Assembly: GCA_040758475.1 (NCBI GenBank)
Contig: JBFLVN010000002.1
Location: forward strand, 1-42,634
Source of the DNA: Bdellovibrionota bacterium
Lineage (GTDB): Bacteria; JAGRBM01
DNA length: 42,634 nt
Direction: 5' to 3'
Positions within the stretch are counted from its first letter, which is position 1, and every line of letters starts with the position of its first letter. The translations under genes and the position numbers were made by a program. Positions 15,245-24,255 of this stretch are shown here, piece after piece. The notes beneath the pieces were generated by a model. That model had not been told where the DNA came from. It made no database searches and was given only the letters and a program-made list of their open reading frames with translations.

Positions 15245-18200
15245 ATGGGCCGCCAAGCCCTCACCACAAGGCGCTTTTTTGCGCCGCTGGCGCTGGCCTT
15301 GCTTTTGGGGGCTTGTGCCGGGCTGCTTCCTTCTTTTACAGCCCAGACAGGGTGGCGGGATTCTTTTCCCAAGAAAATCCCGGAGGCCCCCACTCCCTTG
15401 CCGGAGCGCCTCGTCGAACCCCTTCCCGTGACATTCGACGCGGCCGGTCACCTGGATCCTCTCGTCAATGAAAAAACCGGGCTTCTCCTCTACGCCTCCG
15501 ACCGGGGCGGGAATTGGGACCTTTGGGCAAGGCCGCTCATAAGCGGGCTCCCCCGGCTGCTCACCGATTGGCCTTCCCGCGAGACGGCGCCAGCCCTCTC
15601 TCCGGACGCAGAGCATCTTGTTTTCGTCTCGAACCGTCACGATCCGCAAGGCGATATCTACCGGGTTTCCATCGAGAATGGGACGCAGGAACGGGGGGAT
15701 GCGAAACCGGTAAGGCTTCCTAGGCCCCGTACGGAGGAAGCTTCGCCTCTGTGGCTTTCGGACAAGGAAATTCTTTTCACTTCGCTGCACGGCGGAACCT
15801 GGAAGCTCTTTCGTTACAACTGGGAAGAGTCAGGAGCCGGCCCGGGAGAAATAACCATGCCCCCGGTTTCGGACCACGAAGTCCGGATGCCTGCCCTTGC
15901 ACCTGCTCTTTCAAAAAATTCCCCTCGGGTGATCGCCTTTATCGCCCGGAGCGAAGAAGGCCCTTCTGGTCTTTACGTCTCATCACTTCCGGAAAAGGAC
16001 GCAGAACTCAAGGCCGTGCGGGTCTTCTCCGGCGCTCCTATCGAGAGCTATCCAGCTTGGGGAGAGATTGAAGAGGGGAATTGGGCCTGGCTCTATTACG
16101 CCCGTTATCTGGATGACACCAACCTGGACGGCCTCGTGACGCCAGAGGACAATTCTTCGCTTTGGCGCGTGCGGGTGAGCCTCATTCCCGGATCGGCCGG
16201 CCCCCTTGGCGAACCCGAACCGCTGACGGGCGGTGGTGGATACGATTTTTCTCCCAAGCCTTCAGAAGCGGGGCTTTATTTCATCCGTCAGGAGCAGGGG
16301 CGGGTGGGGATTTACCGCCTTCCTTTGGGAGGAAGGGCTGCCGGGCTCGAAGCTTCTGCTGCCCAGCTTTCCGCAATCCTCGAATGGGAAGCCCCTTACA
16401 GCCGGTTGCTGGCTCTCCGGTGGATTGCCGCCCAAGCAGGCCGGAGCGGAGAGCGTTCCCTTGCCGCGCGGGCCCGGTATGAGATCGCCGGAATTTTTGA
16501 AGAAATCGGCAACTTGGCTGCCGCTCTTTCAATGCACGGGAAATTAGTGGAGGAGGATGCGCCCGGTGTTTCGGCCCTCTCCAAACTAGCCATTGTACGC
16601 CTCGAATCCCGCGTCCTGGCCGCGGCGTCCCTCGGAAAAGACCGGAACCGGATCGTGGCGGAGGAAATCGCCTCCTATGAAACGAGGCTGCGGGAAGCAG
16701 CACAGGAAAGCAGCAAAGGAGGGGAACGCCTCCTGGCGCAAGCCCTCTTTGAACTCGCCCGCATCGAGCTCGATTTCGGATTTCCCGTAAGAGCGCTCGA
16801 TCGCATTTCAGAGATCGAGAAAAAGTATTCGAGCGAGCGTCCGGTCCTTGCCCATGCACGCCTCTTCCGGGCGGAAGTCTTCGCATCCCGGGGGAACCGG
16901 CCGGCGTTCCAAGAGGTGATCCTGGGCGTTCTGCGGGATTTTTCAGGAGAGACGCAGGTCGTCGCGGGTGCCATCCGGCGTCTTCTTTCCGAGACGGCGA
17001 GGCTCTATCCCGATATTCCAGACCGCATCGAAGCTTTCCGCCGGCTGACCGATGAATTCGCGGATGTCCCCCGGCTTTCAACAGCAGCCTCGCTCGAACT
17101 CGCCCGGCTTTACGAAGAAGCGGGCCGGTTATCGGCGGCGCGGCGGGAGTACGAGCACTTGCTCCGCGATCCCTCCCTGCTGCCGGAAGAGCGATTTTCC
17201 GCAGTCACAGGGCTTTCATTGGTATTGGCTTCCGAAGGGGAGCCCGATGCCGCTTTGCAAGCTTTGTCCGATGTGAAGGTGCCGGAAGGGGATATATCCC
17301 GCCTGGAGGCGCTTTTGCGGGAATGGGCGGCCCGCCTCTTGGAAGCGGCGGACCGGGCGCGCCGGGCAGGGCACCCTGCCGAGGCTCTGCGAATTTACGA
17401 AGCCATCGCTGCCCGTGTGCCAGAAGTGCCGGAAGCCCATTATGGCCGGATCGAATTGACGGAAAATCCTTCTTCCCTTTCGGGGGAATATGCCGCGAAG
17501 CTTCGGGATCATCCGGCCACGGCGCACTACGCCCTCGCATTGATCGTGCTTCGCAAAGACGGTACGCCGGACCTTTCCGACATCCTCTCCGATCACGTGG
17601 TTCCAGCCATCGTGCTGGACCCCGGTATCCCCGCGTTCCACCATCTCAAGGGATACATCCACGAAATCAGCGAGACCGTCTACGGCCGCCAGAAGGGAGC
17701 CGGCGGGCTCGAAGAGGCCATCGACGCGTATCGAAGTGCCCTCTACCTCGTTGGAAACGACGGCCGCCAGAAAGCCCGGCGGCAGGAACTCCTGCTCGCC
17801 CTCGCGAACGCTTATTTCAGTTTTCCCACCCCCAACCATTCCGAAGCCTGGCGGTATTACAAGGAATGGCTTGCTTCGGGAGGAAGCACGGACGATCCCC
17901 AGCGGAAACTTCTTCTCGAAGAACGCATGGCCCGATCCGCTTTCCATTCGGGCGAACTCGACTCGGCCATCGCCCATGCGGCCCGCGGGGCTGAAATTGC
18001 CCGCGGGCTTGGGCTTTTGTCGAGGCGTCTTAAGCTTCTCGAATACGAAGCCTTCTGCCTTCAGGAGAAAGGCGAGTACGGTCATGCGGCCGAACGCCTG
18101 GAGCAAACCCTTTTGGAAGGAGCGCGGCGGCTGGACAAGCCGAGCCGGGCCCGCCTTCACAGGAGTCTTGCCTACAACCGGTACCGCTTGGGGAGGGAGG

Positions 18201-21200
18201 AAGAGGCCCTGGGGGACTTGCAGGAAGCGCGGGATCTCCTGGCGGCTTCGGGAGGGGCATCCTACGGACGCGGCCGCTGGGACGACAAAGTGCGAAAGCG
18301 CCTTGGCCTCACTCCTCAAGGGGAATTGGCGGTCAATTTCACTTACGAAGGCCGCGTTCTCGAAGAAATGGGCGATGTCCGAGCGGCGGTGGACGCTCAG
18401 CGGGAAAAGATCGCTCTTCTCGCCGATCCGGGGAAGAAAGGCGGGGAAGATCAACTCCAGTTCTGGGAACGCCGTTCGATCGGATGGAACCGGATCGGCC
18501 GCCTCGAGTACGAACGGGCCGTTTCGGAAGACGCCCGCCAGGCCCTCGAAGCTTCTCTAGAGGAAGCGCGCCTGGCCGTTCAATTGCGCGGCAAGGGGCT
18601 GGCGGCGGAAGGGCTCGCGCGTCTTTCGATGGAACTCAAAGCCGGCGGGTCTTCAACCCCGGAAGGGGTGGACGCGCTTCTCTCGGAAGCCATCCGCGAT
18701 CTCGATGACCTCCGCCAATCGGGAGGAAAACCCGATCTTCTCGTTCTAGCGCGGCTCTATCATGCGCGGGCACTCCTGCGTGTTTCTGTACGGGGACAAA
18801 AGGAGAAGAATGGGATCGGGTGGCTTGATCCTTTAGAGGATTTCGCCGCGGCGGAGCGGATGCTCCTGCTCGCGGAACGCCAAGGGATGCGGGGGCTTTC
18901 GGGCCTTCGCATCTCCATCGGCTTGAACGAGGCCGCTGCTTTGGAGCGCCTGGGGTTCTCGGCTCTGGCATTAGAAAAGACGAGGGAATCCGCGTCGGGA
19001 GCCAGGCGATTCCGGCTCCCGTGTCTTGAAATGATCGCTGATTTCTCGCTCGTACCTTTTGATCCCGAGGCCCTCGAACGGGCCCATGGGAAGGCGCTCG
19101 ACTTGCCGCCCGCCCTCTGCCGGGAAGTTTCTCCCCATCAATTGCGCCGGTTCCATACCGCCCTCTACGAAGCGCTTCTCGAAAAAACGGGCGATCCCGC
19201 CGAGAGCCTTGCTTTGGTGGAGGAGAAGGCCCAGTTAGATCTGGCGGTGATTACCGGCGGCCCGGGAATTGCCTTTGGCGAGCCGCTCGAACAAGAGGCG
19301 TGGAGCCGCGCCCGGATGGCTTTGGATCAGGCGGAGGCGGCCCTTGCCGCTGTTCAGGAGTTCAAGTTTGTCGAAGGCTCCCTGGAGAGTGAGCGGGCGC
19401 TTGCGGTTCTTCAAGAGAGCGCGGACAAAACCATCAAAGAATCGGGTAGTGCCTGGATGCGCCTTTTCTCCGATTACCCTTCTCTTGCGCGCCTTCTTCT
19501 CCCTTCTGTTCCAAAGACTGCTCAGATAGCAGAAGCCCTCGGAAACGCGGCTTTGCTTCGCGTGAAACGATCGGGAGATAAAATTCTCGTTTGGCGTGTG
19601 GATTCCAAGAGCGTCGAACGATTCGATTCTTCCCTGCCGCCGGAATTGGATGGGCTCGTGAACGCGTGGCGGGTTTCCGGCCGGGCGACCGATGGCGATT
19701 GGGCGGACCTTCGGCGCTGGTGGAGCATGCTCCTCGCCCCTGTTCGTGAAGGGCTCGGCCACTCGCTCTACATCATCGCCGATGACGATTTGGCGGTTCT
19801 CCCCTGGGGCGAAGTGGGGGACGTATTGGGCGCAAAGCCTCCAGCCGTGGCGCAGGCGGGATCGCTCGCCCACCTGTGGGCCGTCCACGAGCGGCGGAAT
19901 GGGAACAAGCGTCGCGGGATTCTAGTGGCCCAGACGGACGCGGCTTCGGATGAAGACTTGAACGCTCCTTGGCTCGTCTCGTTCCACGAAAAACTGGCCC
20001 AGCGAATTACGGGGCTTCGCGGTTTTTATTTCCGGGACAACGGCCGCGAAGAGTTCGTCAAGACGATCCGGGATGCCGGTAGCCAGCAACACTTCATTCA
20101 CGTCTTTTCCGAGCTTTCATTCGCCAGGGGTCTTCCCCTCCAAACGAGCCTTTCTTTTCCATCTCCACCATTGGAAGGAGCCCTCCCGGATCTTTCCCTC
20201 CGTGCATGGACGGAACTCTCGGCTCAGGCGAACGTAGCCGTTTTCGAGAACGCAACAGGGGAATTTTCGGGGGAAGGCCTTTCGGCCTTCGCTTATTTCT
20301 CAGCCCTTGCCGGGATACCGAGTGTGGTCATGCAACGGGTTTCCACGAGCAGGGTACCGCCACCGGAAGAACTTTCGTTCTATCTCTCTGTTTACGATGC
20401 CCTCGTTCCGGACAAAGAAGGAAAATATCTTCCCGTGGGGGAAGCGCTCCTTCGGGCCCGGTCTTCTTCGAAGGCGCCTGGCGATGTGCGCCTTCTCGGG
20501 CATTTGGGGCTTGCCTCTGAAGAAGCCCTCTCCATCGCTCAGAAGGAATTGAATCGCTTTGCCGGCAGCGCGGTGCAGGCGGCCCAGGCGGGGGATTTCG
20601 GAAAGGCGGCCCGTTTCGCCCAGCGGGCCGTGCAGTTCATGGACGTGGTGGGCGTTCCCGACCAGCCCCTTTCGCAGATGCTCAGCGTGGCGGCGACGAC
20701 GCTCAAGAAATCGAACCAACTCGAAGGGGCCATCGCCTACGAAGACCGGCAGGCAAAACTCCTCGAGCGCGCGGGCGCCTTGCCCGCCCTGGTGCAAGCG
20801 CTCTTTTTCCTGGGGAAAGACCTCTCCCAACTCGGCCGCCACGAGGAAGCCCAGAGTGCCTTGGGCCGGGCGGTCGAATTCGCCCGGAAGCTCGGCAAGA
20901 AGGATTTCGAAATCATCGTCCTCTCGGAACTCGCCCGCTCGCTGGAGTTGGGGGGGAAACCCGTTGAGGCCATGGCCCGGTACGGCGAAGCCCTGGCTTT
21001 GGCAAGTGAAACGGGCGACAAGATTTCCGCCGAAGAGCTTGAATACAACGCCGGGCGAGTTGCCCACGAGCGGCTGGGCGACGAATCCTTGGCCGAGAAA
21101 CACCTCTCAGCGGCTTTGAGTATTGCCGAATCCCTGGGCAAGGGGGCGGAGCGGAACGCGGCGAGAGACGCCCTTACCCTCTCACTTACGCAGTTGTCCC

Positions 21201-23251
21201 GGGGCCGTTTCCGGGCTGCTTTGGAGGTTCTTGAAAAGCTTCTTCCTCTGGCCGGGCGTTTGGGGGACAAGGCCCTGGAAGCCCAGGGGCTCGTTTACCG
21301 GGGGGCCGCCCTTCGGGAGACAGGGCGCCTTCGGGAGGCCCTCTCCGATCTCAAGCAGGCGGAAAGGCTTGCGGGAGAAGCCAAGGTGCAGGCCGTCCTG
21401 GCCGACGCTTCTTCGGCGGCTTCGCTCGTCCTCCTCGATTTAGGCCAGACGGGCGAAGCCAGGGAAAAGGCTCAAAAGGCTCTCGATTTATCGGACAATG
21501 ATTTCGCCCGGGCGGCGGCGTCTCACAATCTGGCCCTCGTCTATCTGGAGGCCGGGGATTTCGGGGCTGCGCGGGAACTAGCAGCCAAGGCGCTCGACCT
21601 TGCCCGCAAACGAAACGCCGCGGCCGCGGAAGCCGATGAGCTATTTCTCCTGGCCGGCATCGGACGGGGGGAAGGAAGAGACCGGAGACGGGTTCTCGAA
21701 GAACTGGCATCGGTCTGCGAGAAATACATGGCGGCTGGGCTTCTCGTCCGCGGCCTTGAATGCCGTGTGGCATTTCTCGAATGGGGCGGAGAGCTTCCAG
21801 ATACGGCGGGACTCGAAAGGGCGGTGGGGGAACTTCAGCGCCAAGACCTTCTCGCCCGGCTTTATTTCCTGCGCGGTGATTTCCAAAAAGCGGCGGAAGC
21901 TTTTCTTCTTGCGGAGCCTTCTTCCGCTCGTTGGCAAGAACGCCGTGGCTTCGATCCGGAAAGGGGCATGAGCGCGGCGCGGGAGGCGGTTTTCGGCCTC
22001 GCCAAGGAAGGGAAAATCGAGGAAGCCCATTCCTTGTGGGAGCTTTCTCGCGCCGCGCGCCGCCGGGCGCTCTTGGCCCTGGAATCGCCGCGCCTTTCCC
22101 GGGAACGGGGTGGCCCGCTCGTGGAAAAACTCTTCACCCTCTGGGCCGAGGCGCGGAATGAAGCCTCTCCCCAGGAACTTGCCGCTCTCCGTGGTCAAGC
22201 GGATGCCGCCGCGCTGGAACTTCAAAAACTCCATCCCGAAACCCACGCGCTTCTTTTTTCTTCAGGCAATTCCCCCGTCCTTCGCCAGAAGGAGCTTGGC
22301 GATGGAGAAATCCTTCTGGACTTTGTTGCCGGCAGGGAACGCACTTTCGTTTTTGCTTTGAGTGCCGCTGCTCCAGAAGGGTTTTGGGTGGAGGAAGGAT
22401 CGAAGAACCTCGGGCAAAGGGCCAAAGCCTTCCGGGAGATCGTTGCCTCTTTCGGCCGCTACGAGGAAGAAAGAAAACAGCTGTTTGAGAAATTACTCGC
22501 GCCCGCTTTCAAGGACGGCATCCAGCGCTTTGTCGTTATCTCGGACGAACAGCTTGCTGGTCTTCTTTTTGAAGCACTGATTCCGGATTCTTTTTCTGTT
22601 TCCCTTTCGCGTCTTGCGAGCCTCGCCCTTCCCCTCCGGCGGGGAAGAACTTCCTTTCCGGGCCTCGCCATCGCGGTCTTCGGTGATTTTCCTGCTGAAT
22701 CGTTTGCGGGAGCCCTTCCCCCTCCCGTCCGGCAGCGGCCTTCGCCTTCGCAGCGGGCCCTTTGGGATAAGGAAATTCTCGGCCTTGCACGGGCGTCCGG
22801 GATTTTTCAGTACCAGCGGGCAGGCGATGTCTCGGAGAAAGGCCCCGTTCTTCCGGGTGCTACTACTCTCGCCATTCATTGCGCTTCCGCGGCTTCTGGG
22901 AACCCAGTCTCGCAGACGCGTTGTGGCGGGAAAGAAGGCTTTCTGCTGGCAAGCATTGAAGGGTTGGATCGCCCTCCCGTGCTTCTGGGGCTTCCCGGGC
23001 TTGCGGAACTCTCTTCCCAAGAGGTTTACGAGTTATCCCTTTGGGGCGAGTGGATGACGGAAGGCGCAGCGGCCGTATTCGGCGCAGGACGCCATCCCGT
23101 CGCCGGGGCCAGGTTCGCCAAATACTTCTACGGGGGCCTTTCTCGAAAATCGCCCCTGTCATCTTTCGTTGACGCCAGGGGCCAAGTACGTGAAATCTTT
23201 GGGCATCCAGCCTATTGGGCAGGGTTTTTCTACCAAGGCCCTCTCGACTAG
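15245..23251 (+). CDS. Giant (2668 aa) lipoprotein: TolB-like PD40 beta-propeller, TPR array, CHAT-like module 1, TPR array, CHAT-like module 2
   Basis: Trimmed to ATG 15245, 1 nt after the upstream stop. Lipobox is LALALLLGAC. PD40-like repeats are LLLYASDRGGNWDLWARPL and PALSPDAEHLVFVSNRHDPQGDIYRVSI. There are many TPR-like helices. CHAT-like hallmarks are YIIADDDLAVLPWGEV, HFIHVFSE, VVISDEQLAGLLFEALIP, and the C-terminal GHPAYWAGFFYQGPLD. Confidence 0.85.
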   Translation: MGRQALTTRRFFAPLALALLLGACAGLLPSFTAQTGWRDSFPKKIPEAPTPLPERLVEPLPVTFDAAGHLDPLVNEKTGLLLYASDRGGNWDLWARPLISGLPRLLTDWPSRETAPALSPDAEHLVFVSNRHDPQGDIYRVSIENGTQERGDAKPVRLPRPRTEEASPLWLSDKEILFTSLHGGTWKLFRYNWEESGAGPGEITMPPVSDHEVRMPALAPALSKNSPRVIAFIARSEEGPSGLYVSSLPEKDAELKAVRVFSGAPIESYPAWGEIEEGNWAWLYYARYLDDTNLDGLVTPEDNSSLWRVRVSLIPGSAGPLGEPEPLTGGGGYDFSPKPSEAGLYFIRQEQGRVGIYRLPLGGRAAGLEASAAQLSAILEWEAPYSRLLALRWIAAQAGRSGERSLAARARYEIAGIFEEIGNLAAALSMHGKLVEEDAPGVSALSKLAIVRLESRVLAAASLGKDRNRIVAEEIASYETRLREAAQESSKGGERLLAQALFELARIELDFGFPVRALDRISEIEKKYSSERPVLAHARLFRAEVFASRGNRPAFQEVILGVLRDFSGETQVVAGAIRRLLSETARLYPDIPDRIEAFRRLTDEFADVPRLSTAASLELARLYEEAGRLSAARREYEHLLRDPSLLPEERFSAVTGLSLVLASEGEPDAALQALSDVKVPEGDISRLEALLREWAARLLEAADRARRAGHPAEALRIYEAIAARVPEVPEAHYGRIELTENPSSLSGEYAAKLRDHPATAHYALALIVLRKDGTPDLSDILSDHVVPAIVLDPGIPAFHHLKGYIHEISETVYGRQKGAGGLEEAIDAYRSALYLVGNDGRQKARRQELLLALANAYFSFPTPNHSEAWRYYKEWLASGGSTDDPQRKLLLEERMARSAFHSGELDSAIAHAARGAEIARGLGLLSRRLKLLEYEAFCLQEKGEYGHAAERLEQTLLEGARRLDKPSRARLHRSLAYNRYRLGREEEALGDLQEARDLLAASGGASYGRGRWDDKVRKRLGLTPQGELAVNFTYEGRVLEEMGDVRAAVDAQREKIALLADPGKKGGEDQLQFWERRSIGWNRIGRLEYERAVSEDARQALEASLEEARLAVQLRGKGLAAEGLARLSMELKAGGSSTPEGVDALLSEAIRDLDDLRQSGGKPDLLVLARLYHARALLRVSVRGQKEKNGIGWLDPLEDFAAAERMLLLAERQGMRGLSGLRISIGLNEAAALERLGFSALALEKTRESASGARRFRLPCLEMIADFSLVPFDPEALERAHGKALDLPPALCREVSPHQLRRFHTALYEALLEKTGDPAESLALVEEKAQLDLAVITGGPGIAFGEPLEQEAWSRARMALDQAEAALAAVQEFKFVEGSLESERALAVLQESADKTIKESGSAWMRLFSDYPSLARLLLPSVPKTAQIAEALGNAALLRVKRSGDKILVWRVDSKSVERFDSSLPPELDGLVNAWRVSGRATDGDWADLRRWWSMLLAPVREGLGHSLYIIADDDLAVLPWGEVGDVLGAKPPAVAQAGSLAHLWAVHERRNGNKRRGILVAQTDAASDEDLNAPWLVSFHEKLAQRITGLRGFYFRDNGREEFVKTIRDAGSQQHFIHVFSELSFARGLPLQTSLSFPSPPLEGALPDLSLRAWTELSAQANVAVFENATGEFSGEGLSAFAYFSALAGIPSVVMQRVSTSRVPPPEELSFYLSVYDALVPDKEGKYLPVGEALLRARSSSKAPGDVRLLGHLGLASEEALSIAQKELNRFAGSAVQAAQAGDFGKAARFAQRAVQFMDVVGVPDQPLSQMLSVAATTLKKSNQLEGAIAYEDRQAKLLERAGALPALVQALFFLGKDLSQLGRHEEAQSALGRAVEFARKLGKKDFEIIVLSELARSLELGGKPVEAMARYGEALALASETGDKISAEELEYNAGRVAHERLGDESLAEKHLSAALSIAESLGKGAERNAARDALTLSLTQLSRGRFRAALEVLEKLLPLAGRLGDKALEAQGLVYRGAALRETGRLREALSDLKQAERLAGEAKVQAVLADASSAASLVLLDLGQTGEAREKAQKALDLSDNDFARAAASHNLALVYLEAGDFGAARELAAKALDLARKRNAAAAEADELFLLAGIGRGEGRDRRRVLEELASVCEKYMAAGLLVRGLECRVAFLEWGGELPDTAGLERAVGELQRQDLLARLYFLRGDFQKAAEAFLLAEPSSARWQERRGFDPERGMSAAREAVFGLAKEGKIEEAHSLWELSRAARRRALLALESPRLSRERGGPLVEKLFTLWAEARNEASPQELAALRGQADAAALELQKLHPETHALLFSSGNSPVLRQKELGDGEILLDFVAGRERTFVFALSAAAPEGFWVEEGSKNLGQRAKAFREIVASFGRYEEERKQLFEKLLAPAFKDGIQRFVVISDEQLAGLLFEALIPDSFSVSLSRLASLALPLRRGRTSFPGLAIAVFGDFPAESFAGALPPPVRQRPSPSQRALWDKEILGLARASGIFQYQRAGDVSEKGPVLPGATTLAIHCASAASGNPVSQTRCGGKEGFLLASIEGLDRPPVLLGLPGLAELSSQEVYELSLWGEWMTEGAAAVFGAGRHPVAGARFAKYFYGGLSRKSPLSSFVDARGQVREIFGHPAYWAGFFYQGPLD

Positions 23252-23289
23252 ATTGGAAAATTAAGGCCGGGAGCGAAGGAATTTTTCCC

Positions 23290-24246
23290 ATGACTCTCCG
23301 AAATCTTTTCAAGCGCAGCCTCGTTTTCACTGGTTCAGCGGCAGTATTGCTCTCGGCTTCCGATTGGGCCGGACGCGCGGCGAACCTCGCCCGCGCGGCT
23401 GAAAGCACCGGCAAGAAGGGCCTCGTCACTTATGTCGAGGGACAGGCCCAGCACCGGGCAGGAGAAAAGAGTTGGGACCCGCTCCAGACGAACGAAGGCG
23501 TCGAGAGCGGCGAAACAGTCCAGACCAAGCGCAAGACACGCGCCGAGATCGAACTCGATCCGGCCAAGGTCGTGCGCCTCGATGAAAACACGATCGTTGA
23601 TCTCGTGAAACTCTTCGAAGAAGAGCAACAGAAGAAAGCCGTTACCCTGGAAGTCGACCAGGGGCAGGTCTGGTCCCAGCTCGCCTCGCTCGGCGGGGAC
23701 GAGTCCTTCAAGATTTCTTCGCCGCTGGCGGCCGCCTCCGTGCGCGGCACGGTTTTCAATTTCGGCGTCGGTTCCAGTGGCAAGTCCACCCAGGTGGACG
23801 TCTTCTCGGGTTCCGTCGAAGTTTACAATCCCTTCCCCACGCAGAAGTACACGCCCGGCATGCCGGGCGGGTTCCAGGCTCCCCGGCAGGTGCAGGGCCC
23901 CCAGCAGGTGGCTGGTCCCAAGGAAGTGAGCCTCGAAGAGTGGTACTACATCGTCCGCGAGATGCAGCGGATCCGCATTACCCAGGGGCAGACCCAGTTC
24001 GACGTGCAAGACATCCCAGCCGATGAAAAAGCGGGTTCCTGGCGGAAGTGGAACGAAGAGCGCGACCGGCTCCGTGCGGCCCGCATGGGCCACCGGCCAA
24101 TCTCGGAACCCCCGCCCCCTACGCCACCAGCTCCCGAAACTCCAGCGGCACCGCAGGTTCCTTCGGCCCCTGAAGCGCCGGCCGCTCCGATGCCCGAAAC
24201 TCCGGCTCAGCAGCCGCCTGCGCCGGAAGCTCCAGCGGGCCAGTAA
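23290..24246 (+). CDS. Periplasmic FecR-domain protein with Pro-rich C-terminal tail (paralog 2)
   Basis: Trimmed to ATG 23290. The FecR-like core is GLVTYVEGQAQHRAGEKSWDPLQTNEGVESGETVQTKRKTRAEIELDPAKVVRLDENTIVDL...SSPLAAASVRGTVFNF. It shares the motif VQGPQQVAGPKEVSLEEWYYIV with 10133..10960 (VPGPQQVPGPREVTVEEWTRIV). The tail is PPPPTPPAPETPAAPQVPSAPEAPAAPMPETPAQQPPAPEAPAGQ. Confidence 0.85.
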   Translation: MTLRNLFKRSLVFTGSAAVLLSASDWAGRAANLARAAESTGKKGLVTYVEGQAQHRAGEKSWDPLQTNEGVESGETVQTKRKTRAEIELDPAKVVRLDENTIVDLVKLFEEEQQKKAVTLEVDQGQVWSQLASLGGDESFKISSPLAAASVRGTVFNFGVGSSGKSTQVDVFSGSVEVYNPFPTQKYTPGMPGGFQAPRQVQGPQQVAGPKEVSLEEWYYIVREMQRIRITQGQTQFDVQDIPADEKAGSWRKWNEERDRLRAARMGHRPISEPPPPTPPAPETPAAPQVPSAPEAPAAPMPETPAQQPPAPEAPAGQ

Positions 24247-24255
24247 CTTTCTTAT

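Noticed and set aside
15245-23251. TPR-CHAT protein as a CRISPR type III-E (Craspase-like) or other cytoplasmic defence effector
   Set aside because: The window has no CRISPR array and no cas or gRAMP genes. The protein has a lipoprotein signal peptide and periplasmic neighbours, and the CHAT-like modules seem to lack the catalytic Cys.
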